From Thiohalobacter sp. (GTDB lineage Bacteria > Pseudomonadota > Gammaproteobacteria > Thiohalobacterales > Thiohalobacteraceae): DNA of 64,000 nucleotides. The notes beneath the pieces are model-generated. The model had not been told where the DNA came from and ran no database searches. It was given only the letters and a program-made list of their open reading frames with translations. The stretch spans positions 2,118 through 66,117 of the forward strand of contig NZ_JALTON010000016.1 of NCBI RefSeq assembly GCF_027000115.1, given 5' to 3'. Shown here piece after piece: positions 43,779 to 52,857 of the stretch; the stretch's first letter is position 1; each line of letters begins with the position of its first letter. The position numbers were made by a program, and so were the translations under genes.

Positions 43779-45461
43779 TCAGTTAAGGCTGGGTTGCATC
43801 ATCAGCTTGATCAGTGCATCACGCTCGGCGGCACTGATGGCCGTGCTGCCGTCGGTGGTGCCGCTGATGTTGCCGGCAAGGGTCGCCAGCCCGTTGACGA
43901 AGTTCAGCCGCGCCTGCTGGCGCTGCTGGGCGGTTGGCTGATTGTTGTTGTCCCAGATGGCATAGCGGGTGTTTTCCAGGATCTGGACGTCTTCCATCAG
44001 CCCCATCAGGGCCGCGAACTCGGCCGGCATGCCCATGCTGGTGAAGTCGTGGCGCTGACCGTCGATGCCATTGCCGGGATTGTCGTCGCTGTCCAGCCAA
44101 TTCTGCATGTTGGTGGGCACGGGCGTGGTGTCGCGGGTATAGCCAAAGCTGCCACCCGCGTTGAGCACGCTTGCCACCCAGCTCACCGCGACGGTCTGCG
44201 GGATCGGCCAGTTGACCTGGTTGCCGTTGAAGTCGTACTCCATGCCAAGATCCGAGGGCAGGGTGTTGACGCTCACCCCCAGGGCCGATGCGACACTGTT
44301 CTTCATGTCGCTGATCTCGCTGTTGTTCGAACGTATCGCGGTCTGGAAACTGCTCCAAGCGGCCTGGAAGGCGGTATCGATGGCCTGCTGGACCTGCTGC
44401 TCGGTAACGCCGGGATTGGCAGCCAGATAGGCCTGCGGGTCCATAAAGTAGTCGCCGTACTGGGTGTCGATCTGCTGCTGGGCAGAAATGAAGGTCTGTA
44501 CGCCGGAATTGAAGCGATCAATGAGTGCCTGCGACCCACCCAGCGTCCCGAGAGCGTCCGTGTACTCCTTCTTGATCGCAATCGATGCAACACGATTGAA
44601 GAAGCCGTTGACCGCAGCCATCACGGAGTTCTGGAAGCCTGACGAAAGCGACTGCATGGCCGCATCCAGCCCCGTGGCGTCGCCGGCCGCATCGAAGGCC
44701 GCCAGCAGCAGCTGGGGATCGATGCCGGCTGCGTCCCCGGCGTCGATGAGAATGTCGCCCATGAGGCCGCCGGCCTTGGCGAGATCATCATCGGATGCGC
44801 TGTCCACCGCTGTCTTGAAGAAGGCCACGTAATCGGACATGTCCTTCGTCCCGGCCGTGCCGTTGTAGATGATCCTGTCCTTGAATGTTTCGAGCGCGGA
44901 CTGGCTCACCCCGTTGTTGAGCAGAAAGGCCTCCATGCCATCGTTGCCACGAATCGCGGTCGCCATCATCTGGCTGAGGCCGGGGATATCCGAGTCTGCC
45001 AGGCTCGCCGAGCGGATGAAGACCAGCCCGAAGGCGGCAGCCAGCGGATCATCGGTGCTGTTGTCCGTCATCGAGGCCCGCAGGGCCTCGGCCTGGACGT
45101 CCGAAAGCGGGTTGACGCCGACCAGGTTGGTGTCGCCGGCGCCCGGTGCCGGGGCAATGCCCTGGCGCACCACGCTACCGTTGCCATCCTTGACCTGCAG
45201 CAGCACGAAATGGGTCTGGTCGGCGGTCGGCAGGCCGCTGAGATCGAAGCTGATCTTGCCGTTGCTGTCGGCCGTCGCACTGGTGGAACTCAGGCTGGTC
45301 ACGGAGCCGTCGCTGTTGATCTGCGACACCACGACCGTGTAGCTGGCGCCCGCCGTGAGGGCCGCCGCCGGCATCACCGGCGCCATCGCCAGGGCCAGCG
45401 CCAGACCGGCACCGGCCGCAAGACCGCGCACCTCGCGCGCAATGAATTGATGCAGTTTCAT
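43779..45461 (-). CDS. secreted protein of unknown function located between gspN and gspC
   Basis: Start at MKLHQFIAREVRGLAAGAGLALALAMAPVMPAAA (45461). 561 aa, Ala/Asp/Ser/Gln-rich, with no recognised motif. Its stop lies 4 nt before the gspC start. Confidence 0.65.
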   Translation of the reverse strand: MKLHQFIAREVRGLAAGAGLALALAMAPVMPAAALTAGASYTVVVSQINSDGSVTSLSSTSATADSNGKISFDLSGLPTADQTHFVLLQVKDGNGSVVRQGIAPAPGAGDTNLVGVNPLSDVQAEALRASMTDNSTDDPLAAAFGLVFIRSASLADSDIPGLSQMMATAIRGNDGMEAFLLNNGVSQSALETFKDRIIYNGTAGTKDMSDYVAFFKTAVDSASDDDLAKAGGLMGDILIDAGDAAGIDPQLLLAAFDAAGDATGLDAAMQSLSSGFQNSVMAAVNGFFNRVASIAIKKEYTDALGTLGGSQALIDRFNSGVQTFISAQQQIDTQYGDYFMDPQAYLAANPGVTEQQVQQAIDTAFQAAWSSFQTAIRSNNSEISDMKNSVASALGVSVNTLPSDLGMEYDFNGNQVNWPIPQTVAVSWVASVLNAGGSFGYTRDTTPVPTNMQNWLDSDDNPGNGIDGQRHDFTSMGMPAEFAALMGLMEDVQILENTRYAIWDNNNQPTAQQRQQARLNFVNGLATLAGNISGTTDGSTAISAAERDALIKLMMQPSLN

Positions 45462-45746
45462 CGTGATTACCCCCTCAGGACGCACTGCCCGAGATACCGC
45501 CCGAGCTGCTGCCCGAACCACTTCCGCCACCGCCACAGCCGGTGACACCGACGGCCACCACCAGCAGGACACCCAGCACCGCGGCGACGCGGCGCACTGT
45601 CGTTGGTACTGAAAACATGATCTTCCCTCCCTCCTGTGGAAATACGGGACTGACAGGCGCGAGGCTGCATCAGCCGTGCCAATCACGAGGCCTGGCGATA
45701 AATCAGCACGTTACCGAAAACTGGAAGAGGAGGGTGACGGATGGGG

Positions 45747-46505
45747 TCAGTCGGCGCCCACAATTTGACGAGGCAGGCGACCCACCAGCGTCAGCCGATG
45801 GTCGCCCGACGCATCCGGCGCGCCCAGCAGCCCGAGGGCATCGCGCAGCGCGCGAGCAGCGTCGGCGCGGGCCCGCAGCTTCAGGTCCAACCGGTAGTGG
45901 CCATCGCGTTCGAGGCGGGCACTGCCGGCCAGCGCCAGCGGACCGCCCTGGTCTTGCATCTCGGCCAGCAGCGCATCGCCTTCGCCACGCAGTCGGACCT
46001 GCAGGTCGCCCAGCGGCAGGTTCAGCGGCGCGGCCAGTGCAGCGGACTTCCAGACGAGCGCGCCCTCCAGCCGGTCGGGCCAGTCGCCGCGCCCGCTGGC
46101 GGCCAGTTCCCGGATCAGGAGCCGGCCGCTCGCTTCGATGCCCCAGCGGTCCAGCAGCGGCCGGAAGAACTCGGCCGGGAGTTCGGCGCGGGGCATGCGC
46201 AGCCACCAGCGGCCGGTGAGACCGGCCGCGATCCGGGCCTCGATCGCGGGCGATCCGGTGGTCAGCCGGAAGCCGAGCCGGCCCAGTACCAGGCTGGCGG
46301 GCCGCAGCCGCCAGCGCAGGGACTCGAAACGCAGCGGACCGGCCGCAAGCACGGCGGCCTGGCCGCGCCAGAGCGTGCCCTCGGGGGCCTGAACGGCAAG
46401 CGGCTCGGGCAGGCCGCTCAGCCAGCGTTCCGCCGGCCAGGTGAACAACAGGAACAGGGCCAGGACACAGAGCGCCGCGAGACCCGCGGCGAGGCGTGAC
46501 CTCAT
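45747..46505 (-). CDS. gspN: type II secretion system protein N
   Basis: 252 aa. N-terminal TM, then ...GTLWRGQAAVL...LRWRLRPASLVLGRLGFRL..., the GspN pattern. Overlaps the gspM stop by 4 nt. Confidence 0.8.
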   Translation of the reverse strand: MRSRLAAGLAALCVLALFLLFTWPAERWLSGLPEPLAVQAPEGTLWRGQAAVLAAGPLRFESLRWRLRPASLVLGRLGFRLTTGSPAIEARIAAGLTGRWWLRMPRAELPAEFFRPLLDRWGIEASGRLLIRELAASGRGDWPDRLEGALVWKSAALAAPLNLPLGDLQVRLRGEGDALLAEMQDQGGPLALAGSARLERDGHYRLDLKLRARADAARALRDALGLLGAPDASGDHRLTLVGRLPRQIVGAD

Positions 46506-46993
46506 GGCGCGGCCGCGGCCAGGGTCAGGCGCGCATCGACCCGCCCCGGGGCCTCGGCCGCCTCGATATCGACGGCCTCGGCACGGATGCCGTGGCGGGT
46601 CTGAAGCTGATCCAGCCAGAGCACCAGCTCATCGAAGGCCGCGCCCTCCAGCCGCAGGCGCACGCGGTCGCGGCCCTCGGGTTCCAGATGGCGCAGCGCC
46701 GGGGCCAGCCGGCCGGCGCGCACCGACTGGTCGACCACGGCCAGCAGCGAGCGTCCACCCAGCCCGGCAGAGCGCGCCCCGCCGCCGGCCTGAAGCTGGC
46801 GAATGCGACCGGCGTCCTCGCGCATGGCCTCGTAGGTCACGCGCTGCTCGGAGACGCTGCTGTCCAGTTCGGCCAGGCGCTGGCTGAAGGGCGACCACAG
46901 CAGCGCCCAGCCGAGCAGGATCAGCGCCAGCAGACCACCGCCACCGACCAGCAGGCGTTCGCGCGGTGCCAGCCCCTGCCACCAGTGCTTCAT
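46502..46993 (-). CDS. gspM: type II secretion system protein M
   Basis: Only the last 163 codons of the 546-aa track ORF are called: MKHWWQGLAPRERLLVGGGGLLALILLGWALLW... Start ATG at 46993, overlapping the gspL stop. Confidence 0.8.
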   Translation of the reverse strand: MKHWWQGLAPRERLLVGGGGLLALILLGWALLWSPFSQRLAELDSSVSEQRVTYEAMREDAGRIRQLQAGGGARSAGLGGRSLLAVVDQSVRAGRLAPALRHLEPEGRDRVRLRLEGAAFDELVLWLDQLQTRHGIRAEAVDIEAAEAPGRVDARLTLAAAAP

Positions 46994-48198
46994 GAGCGCA
47001 CCCTCGCCAGCCGCAGCCGGCCCTCGACGCCCTGCTCCCCGCTGGCGCTGGCCGACTGCAGCTCGACCTGCAGATCGGGCCGCTGCGCAAGCCGCTGGCG
47101 CAGGGCTTCGAGGGTCTGCACGTCGGGGGCCGTGACCGAGAGATCGAGCCGGCCGTCGCGGAAGTGCAGGCCCTTCAGCCGGACCCCCTGCGCCCCGGCC
47201 AGCGGTTCGCCGGCGGCGGCCAGCAACGCGAGGAACTCGTCCCCGGCCGCGCCCTGCCCCCGCGCCAGCGCCTCGAGCTGCTGGCGCATCTGTACCGGCG
47301 CATTCACTACCCGCCGGGCCTGGGGAAAGGTGTTGCGGTACAGCGTTTCCATGCGCGCATCCAGCTCCGCCGCCGTCTGCTGCAGCCGCCAGTACTCGAC
47401 CCCCTGGCGCAGCCCCGCCACCGCAACCACCGCCACCAGCAGCACCGCAACCGCGCGCCAGGGGGCCCACAGCCGGCGCGCCCCGGACTGGCGGGCATAG
47501 TCGCCCTGCAGCAGGTCGATGGCCTCGCCGCGGGCCGCCTCGCGGGCCAGTACCACCAGCGGATGGGTCACCCGTTCCAGCCGGGCCTCGGGAAAATGCC
47601 GGCTGATGTCCTCGGGTAGGGCCTCCTGGGTGGAGAACACCTGCAGCGGCGGCGTGGTGTCGGGCGCCAGCAGGGTCTTCAAGGTGGGCAGGTCGGCGTG
47701 GCGCACCGCCAGCACCGTCTCGCCGGTGCGCAGCAGTGCCTCGTCGGCGTCGGTCTCCAGCAGCACCCAGCCCTCGCCGCGCGGCAGCAGATCGCCCTCG
47801 GCGTAGACATGGGTCGCTTCCAGGCCCGCCTCGGCCAGGCGCGCCAGCCAGTGTTCCAGGCAGCGCCGGGCGATCACCACCACCGGGACCGGCTGTTCGT
47901 TTCCGGCCCGGCCGATGGCGAAATGCAGGGCCTCCAGATCCTCCGCGAGCTGGTCCTCGAGGGCATAGGGGACGGCCTGGCGCAGGCGCTGGCGGTTGCG
48001 TGTGGGCACCGTCGCGCGGGTGAGCAGGGTCTCGGCCGCCGGCAACACCACCCACACCGGCTCGCCCTGCCAGCGGGCCGCCAGCGTCGCCGGATCGGTC
48101 CGCTCCGGGCGGGTGCGCAGCTCGCCCTCCGGCGTCACCCACGCGGCCTCGACGGCATCGTCGCCGGTTCGGAAGCGGATCAGCAGGGCATCGGTCAT
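46990..48198 (-). CDS. gspL: type II secretion system protein L
   Basis: 402 aa: ...VLPAAETLLTRATVPTRNRQRLRQAVPYALEDQLAEDLEALHFA..., then the TM and periplasmic domain. Confidence 0.88.
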   Translation of the reverse strand: MTDALLIRFRTGDDAVEAAWVTPEGELRTRPERTDPATLAARWQGEPVWVVLPAAETLLTRATVPTRNRQRLRQAVPYALEDQLAEDLEALHFAIGRAGNEQPVPVVVIARRCLEHWLARLAEAGLEATHVYAEGDLLPRGEGWVLLETDADEALLRTGETVLAVRHADLPTLKTLLAPDTTPPLQVFSTQEALPEDISRHFPEARLERVTHPLVVLAREAARGEAIDLLQGDYARQSGARRLWAPWRAVAVLLVAVVAVAGLRQGVEYWRLQQTAAELDARMETLYRNTFPQARRVVNAPVQMRQQLEALARGQGAAGDEFLALLAAAGEPLAGAQGVRLKGLHFRDGRLDLSVTAPDVQTLEALRQRLAQRPDLQVELQSASASGEQGVEGRLRLARVRS

Positions 48199-48330
48199 GG
48201 TATCGGTGGCGGTTGGCCTGTCGTTATGGTTTCAGGCGTGACCATACCCCATTTCGGGCCGATTCCGAACCACCGGCGGCGGGATCGCCATGCGGTGGCC
48301 GGGCACGCCACCGTGCCATTTGACGGCATA

Positions 48331-48363
48331 CCCCGGATACAGGCCGAAGGCCGGAATCCGGGG
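48331..48363. repeat. REP-type hairpin between gspK and gspL
   Basis: ccccggat-ac-aggcc-gaa-ggcc-gga-atccgggg nested palindrome. It shares the AATCCGGGG motif of the GTAGCCCGGATG family. Confidence 0.5.
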
Positions 48364-48382
48364 CAACAGCGCCTCACGCCCC

Positions 48383-49318
48383 TCACAATCCCCCAAGACT
48401 CCGCAGGCGCACGCTCACATCCCCCCCCTGGCGTTCCAGCACCGAGACCTGGCGCGCACGCGCGGTGCCGAGGCGGACATCGGCGAACACGGCGAAATGG
48501 CCGCTGCCGGTGGCCAGACCCTCGGGGCCGACCGCCCGGCCGGCGAATGTGTCGTGGGCGAGGAAGTCAGCAACGGTGTCGAAGGGCTTGTCGCTGCGGG
48601 CATCCACCAGCGCCTCGGCGTCCGCGGCGGAAAGGTCGGGGAACAGGGCCTGCAGCAGCAGCGGCGGCGCGGTGTTGACGTTGACGGACGCCCGTCCCGG
48701 CAGGGCGCTCAGGTAGGGCCGCAGGCGCCGCACGGCCTCGGCATCGAAGCCCTCGACCAGGCGCAGCTCGCTGACGCTGGCGAAGGGGGCGTTGGCGGCA
48801 CGATAGGGCGGCTCGCGGGTGCTGTAGCGGTCGTCCTCGGCGCCACCCGGAAAGCGGGTTTCGAGATCGGCATCCATCCAGTCCAGCACGGCATTCGCCA
48901 GCGCAGGGTCCAGTTCCAGCAACTCCAGCAGGCGCCGGAAGCGTGCCACGGCGCGTTCGTCGGGCGCTCCGTCAGTGGTCAGCAGGTTGTTGAGATTGAA
49001 ACGACCCTCGAGGTCCTCGATACGGCCGGCGATCTGGCCGCCGGTGACCGCCAGCGGCGGCAGTTCACGGGCCCAGTCCTCGTCCAGGTGATCCACCGGC
49101 CCGTCCTCCAGGTCGCGCCGCAGCAGCACCCGCGCCCAGTCCTCGACCCCCGCGGCGTAGGCCGCGGCCTGGTCGGCATCGAGCTGGTTGGCGGTGCGCC
49201 GCACGTCGTAGTGCTGCCGGGTGGCCATGGCCACCGCGGCCAGCGTCGCCAGCGCCACCACCAGCAGCGCGGTCAGGAGGGCGACGCCGGACTGGCGTCC
49301 GGCAGCCGGAACAGCCAT
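48383..49318 (-). CDS. gspK: type II secretion system minor pseudopilin K
   Basis: Start at MAVPAAGRQSGVALLTALLVVALATL (49318). ...DLEDGPVDHLDEDWARELPPL...GRIEDLEGRFNLNNL. Confidence 0.85.
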   Translation of the reverse strand: MAVPAAGRQSGVALLTALLVVALATLAAVAMATRQHYDVRRTANQLDADQAAAYAAGVEDWARVLLRRDLEDGPVDHLDEDWARELPPLAVTGGQIAGRIEDLEGRFNLNNLLTTDGAPDERAVARFRRLLELLELDPALANAVLDWMDADLETRFPGGAEDDRYSTREPPYRAANAPFASVSELRLVEGFDAEAVRRLRPYLSALPGRASVNVNTAPPLLLQALFPDLSAADAEALVDARSDKPFDTVADFLAHDTFAGRAVGPEGLATGSGHFAVFADVRLGTARARQVSVLERQGGDVSVRLRSLGGL

Positions 49319-49890
49319 CGCAGTTCTCCGTAGCCTTCGGTCTCGAGGATCAGCTCCACCGCACGCGGCAGGGCCGGCGCCTGCGGCCGGTTGCGCGGGG
49401 GCCATTCTTCATGCCAGGCGTCGGCCTCGTCGAGAAAGCGCACTTCCGCGCGCTCGATGCCCTCGCCCAGCCGCTCGCGCCGCGGGGCCTCGCCCTGCAC
49501 CCGATCCAGCGCCCACCAGCCCGCCCGCTCCAGGCCGCCGTCGTCGGTCAGGCGCCAGACCACCCGCCGCAGCTCGCTGCGCGGCTGCCCGGCCGGATTG
49601 CGCCAGCCGGCGCGGGTCAATTCGACGAGATTGCCGTCGAGATGGCCGAGCAGCGCCGGGCGCCGGTCCCCGAAGGCGTCGCGCACCGGCCGGTCGACGG
49701 CCTGGGTGAGATCACGCTCCAGCCGGCGGTACAGCAGCTGCAGGCGGCCCAGCGCCTCGGCCTGCTCCGCGACCGCCGCACGGGTGCTCATCACCGTGTT
49801 CAGGCCGCCGTAGGCCAGCAGCGCGAGCACGGCGAAGATGGCCAGCGCCACCAGCAGTTCGATGAGGGTGAAGCCGCCGTGCCGCCTCAT
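49273..49890 (-). CDS. gspJ: type II secretion system minor pseudopilin J
   Basis: Start at MRRHGGFTLIELLVALAIFAVLALLAYGGL (49890), which carries the prepilin GFTLIE motif. Confidence 0.85.
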   Translation of the reverse strand: MRRHGGFTLIELLVALAIFAVLALLAYGGLNTVMSTRAAVAEQAEALGRLQLLYRRLERDLTQAVDRPVRDAFGDRRPALLGHLDGNLVELTRAGWRNPAGQPRSELRRVVWRLTDDGGLERAGWWALDRVQGEAPRRERLGEGIERAEVRFLDEADAWHEEWPPRNRPQAPALPRAVELILETEGYGELRWLFRLPDASPASPS

Positions 49891-50258
49891 TCCGGCCGTC
49901 CCAGGTAGCCGGTGAGTTCGGCCAGCACCTCGTCCTCGCCGGCGTTGGCCGGCCGCACCCGGATCAGCACCCGGCGCACGTCGGCATCCGGGGTGGGCTC
50001 GACGCGGGTCTGCCAGATCCAGTCGCGGCCGGCGAAGCGCAGCCGGTCGCTGGCCCGGCCCACGGCCGGCCATTCCCGCGCGAGTTGCAGCTCGACAAGC
50101 CGGTTGCGGGCGATCCAGTGCGCGAGGGTGCGTTCCTGCAGGTAGGCCTGGTTGCCGGTGTAGTCGCCCACGGCGCGCACGGCGGCGAACAGCGCCAGCG
50201 CCAGCACGGCGAGCGCCACCAGCACTTCCAGCAGGGTGAAGCCGCGGGCCTGCCTCAT
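49887..50258 (-). CDS. gspI: type II secretion system minor pseudopilin I
   Basis: 123 aa: MRQARGFTLLEVLVALAVLALAL... Confidence 0.85.
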   Translation of the reverse strand: MRQARGFTLLEVLVALAVLALALFAAVRAVGDYTGNQAYLQERTLAHWIARNRLVELQLAREWPAVGRASDRLRFAGRDWIWQTRVEPTPDADVRRVLIRVRPANAGEDEVLAELTGYLGRPE

Positions 50259-50791
50259 GTCGCTTCCGCGTGGCGTTCGAGGCGGCCGTCGGGGTAGCCG
50301 AAGACGCGCGCCACATGCTCGGTGCCGGCATCGCGCAGCACCAGCTCGAAGCCGGTCAGCTCGCCGGAGGACAACAACAGGATGTCGGGCGACGGGGCGT
50401 CAGCGTCTCCATCGGCGGCATCGGCAAGTGCCGCCGGCTGGCCGTCCAGCAGCAACCGGGCCTCGATGCCCTCGGGCCAGTGCCGCGGCCGGAAGGTGGG
50501 GTCCGCCACCGGCCGCCAGCCGTCGTCCTCGAGATAGAGGAAGCGATAGCCCGCCTCGTCCAGGGCCAGGCCCCATTCCTCGCCACGCAGCACGGCCTGT
50601 TCGGCGGCAAGCCGGGTGAGCTGGCGGAAGCGCTCCGCGGCCTCTTCGAGACGTTCGGCGCGGCGGTCGCCGCCGAGGTTGAGGGTGGCGAAGGTGAGGA
50701 TGATGCCGATCAGGGCGATGACGACCAGCAGTTCCAGCAGGGTGAAGCCGCCGGAACGAAACCGGCCGTTACTCGAGATTCCAGTTGCCAA
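50255..50791 (-). CDS. gspH: type II secretion system minor pseudopilin H
   Basis: 178 aa: ...RSGGFTLLELLVVIALIGIILTFA... Confidence 0.82.
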   Translation of the reverse strand: MATGISSNGRFRSGGFTLLELLVVIALIGIILTFATLNLGGDRRAERLEEAAERFRQLTRLAAEQAVLRGEEWGLALDEAGYRFLYLEDDGWRPVADPTFRPRHWPEGIEARLLLDGQPAALADAADGDADAPSPDILLLSSGELTGFELVLRDAGTEHVARVFGYPDGRLERHAEAT

Positions 50792-51212
50792 TGTCGTCGT
50801 CGCTGGGACGACCGTCGGGCCCCAGCGAATAGAGGTCGATGGCGCCGTGCTGGCCCGGGTTCAGGTACTGGTAGGGGCGCCCCCAGGGATCCTTCGGCAA
50901 GCGGTCGATATAGCCCCCGGCCTTCCAGCGCGGCGGCTCGGGATCGGTCGGCTTCTTCACCAGCGCTTCCAGGCCCTGATCGGTGCTGGGATAGTCGTAG
51001 TTGTCGAGCCGGTAGAGGTTCAGCGCCGCTTCCAGCGCACGGATGTCCTGGCGGGCCTTGACGATGCGCGCCTCGTCCGGCCGGTCCATGATGCGCGGCA
51101 CCACGATGGCGGCGAGGATGCCGAGGATCACCACCACCACCATGATCTCGATCAGGGTGAAGCCCCGCTCGCGCCCGCCGGCGGGCGTCGCCCGCCCGAA
51201 TCCCATGACCAT
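50769..51212 (-). CDS. gspG: type II secretion system major pseudopilin G
   Basis: Only the distal part of the track ORF is called: MVMGFGRATPAGGRERGFTLIEIMVVVVILGILAAIVVPRIM...DPWGRPYQYLNPG... An alternative start lies at 51206. Confidence 0.9.
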   Translation of the reverse strand: MVMGFGRATPAGGRERGFTLIEIMVVVVILGILAAIVVPRIMDRPDEARIVKARQDIRALEAALNLYRLDNYDYPSTDQGLEALVKKPTDPEPPRWKAGGYIDRLPKDPWGRPYQYLNPGQHGAIDLYSLGPDGRPSDDDIGNWNLE

Positions 51213-51321
51213 CCCTCTGTCCCTGCCCTGTCGCATATCAAATTCAGGAATGCCGCCCATTCTAACCGATTCGTTGCCGGTGTTGGGCATGTCGCTGCGC
51301 GCCCCTGCACGCCCTGCAACC

Positions 51322-51358
51322 CCTTGTATCCCGCCTCTTGCATCTTGTATCTTGCGTC
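51322..51358 (+). repeat. short-period pyrimidine-rich leader block (CTTGTATCTTGCATCTTG type), copy 2
   Basis: ccttgtatcccgcctcttgcatcttgtatcttgcgtc lies immediately upstream of the 51364 start. Compare 2541-2577. Confidence 0.6.
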
Positions 51359-51363
51359 TCACC

Positions 51364-51930
51364 ATGAACTCCCGAGAGGCACTGGTCCGAACCCATCGCT
51401 GGCTGCGCCGGCACGGCCTCAATGACTCCCACAGCGGCAATGCCTCGGTGCGCGAGGGCGACGACTTCTGGATCACGCCCACCGGCGCCTGTGCCGACAG
51501 CCTGGAGGCCGACGACCTGGTGCGCTGTCCGGTCGAGGGCGAGATTCCCGACGGCGCCTCGCTCGACGCGCCGCTGCACCAGGCGGTGTACCGACGGGTC
51601 GCCGATGCCGCCACGGTGCTGCACAGCCATGGCCCGCACGCGATCGCCATGACCCTGGACGGCCACGACTTCGTGCCCGACGACTTCGAGGGCCGTTACT
51701 ACTTCGAAAGGATCCCGGTACTGGACATCGCCTTCGACGACTATGTCAGCGAGTCGCCCCGGCGGGTCGCCGCCAGCCTGGCGCGCTTCCCGGTGTGCGT
51801 GGTCCGTGGCCATGGCGTGTACGTGTGCGCGCCGAACCTGGATCTGGCCTACAAGCGCACCTGTTCCTTCGAGTCCAGCGCCCGGCTCAGCCTGCTGGGC
51901 CGGCTGGCCGGCACCCTGCCGGCGCGATAG
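51364..51930 (+). CDS. class II aldolase/adducin domain protein
   Basis: Start at MNSREALVRTHRWL (51364). NDSHSGNASVR, VLHSHGPHAIAM, VVRGHGVYVCA. Confidence 0.8.
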   Translation: MNSREALVRTHRWLRRHGLNDSHSGNASVREGDDFWITPTGACADSLEADDLVRCPVEGEIPDGASLDAPLHQAVYRRVADAATVLHSHGPHAIAMTLDGHDFVPDDFEGRYYFERIPVLDIAFDDYVSESPRRVAASLARFPVCVVRGHGVYVCAPNLDLAYKRTCSFESSARLSLLGRLAGTLPAR

Positions 51931-51988
51931 CCGGTGGCCTGGTGATACACTTGGCCGCCGTATCCCAGCCGAGCAGAATCGCCCGCCC

Positions 51989-52795
51989 ATGAGCCAGGCC
52001 AGTTCCCCCGTTCCCGTCGTCCTCGCCTTCTCCGGCAACGATCCCAGCGGCGGCGCCGGCATCCAGGCCGACATCGAGTCGCTGGTCAGCCACGGTTGCC
52101 ACTGCGCGCCCATCATCACCACGCTGACGGTACAGGACACCCAGGACGTGCAGAGCATCGCGCCGCTGGACGGCCTGCTGGTGATGGAGCAGGCACGCGC
52201 CGTGCTGGAGGACATGCCGGTGGCCGGCATCAAGATCGGCCTGCTGGGCAGTGCCGACGTGGTCGAGAGCATCAGCGCGGTGCTGGAGGATTATCCCAAC
52301 ATCCCGGTGGTACTCGATCCGGTGCTGGCCTCGGGCAAGGGCACCGGGCTGGCCGACGACGAGGTACTGGAGGCCATGGACAGCCTTCTGCTGCCGCACA
52401 CCACCGTGCTCACGCCCAACAGCGTGGAGGCGCGCATCCTGTCGCCCGAGGCGGACAGCCTCGATGCCTGCGCCATGTCACTGCTGGAACGCGGCTGCGA
52501 ATTCGTGCTCATCACCGGCACCCACGAAAACACGCCGCACGTGGTCAACCGCCTGTATGGCAACAACCGCCTGCTGGAGAGCTTCACCTGGGAGCGCATC
52601 AACGGCCAGTTCCACGGCTCCGGCTGTACTCTCGCCGCCAGCATCGCCGGCCTGCTGGCACAGGGGCTGGAACCCTTCAGCGCCATTCACGAGGCCCAGG
52701 AATACACCTGGGAGACGCTCAAGCACGGCTACCGCGTCGGCATGGGCCAGTCGCTGCCGAACCGGTTGTTCTGGGCGCAGTCGGATGAGGCGTGA
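51989..52795 (+). CDS. thiD: hydroxymethylpyrimidine/phosphomethylpyrimidine kinase
   Basis: Start at MSQASSPVPVVLAFSGNDPSGGAGIQADI (51989). ...VVLDPVL...TPN..EA...GCTLAASIAG. Confidence 0.9.
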   Translation: MSQASSPVPVVLAFSGNDPSGGAGIQADIESLVSHGCHCAPIITTLTVQDTQDVQSIAPLDGLLVMEQARAVLEDMPVAGIKIGLLGSADVVESISAVLEDYPNIPVVLDPVLASGKGTGLADDEVLEAMDSLLLPHTTVLTPNSVEARILSPEADSLDACAMSLLERGCEFVLITGTHENTPHVVNRLYGNNRLLESFTWERINGQFHGSGCTLAASIAGLLAQGLEPFSAIHEAQEYTWETLKHGYRVGMGQSLPNRLFWAQSDEA

Positions 52796-52807
52796 GACGT
52801 TCGAAGT

Positions 52808-52855
52808 GTAGCCCGGATGGAGCGCAGCGGAAGCCGGGAATCCCTGTTGCCCCGG
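52808..52855. repeat. REP element of the GTAGCCCGGATG family between thiD and thiE
   Basis: gtagcccggatggagcgcagcggaagccgggaatccctgttgccccgg. Confidence 0.55.
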
Positions 52856-52857
52856 AC

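Noticed and set aside
46502-48142. 546-aa minus-strand ORF spanning the gspL region.
   Set aside because: Only its last 163 codons (from MKHWWQGLAPRERLL) look like a protein (GspM). The upstream part is the out-of-frame shadow of gspL.
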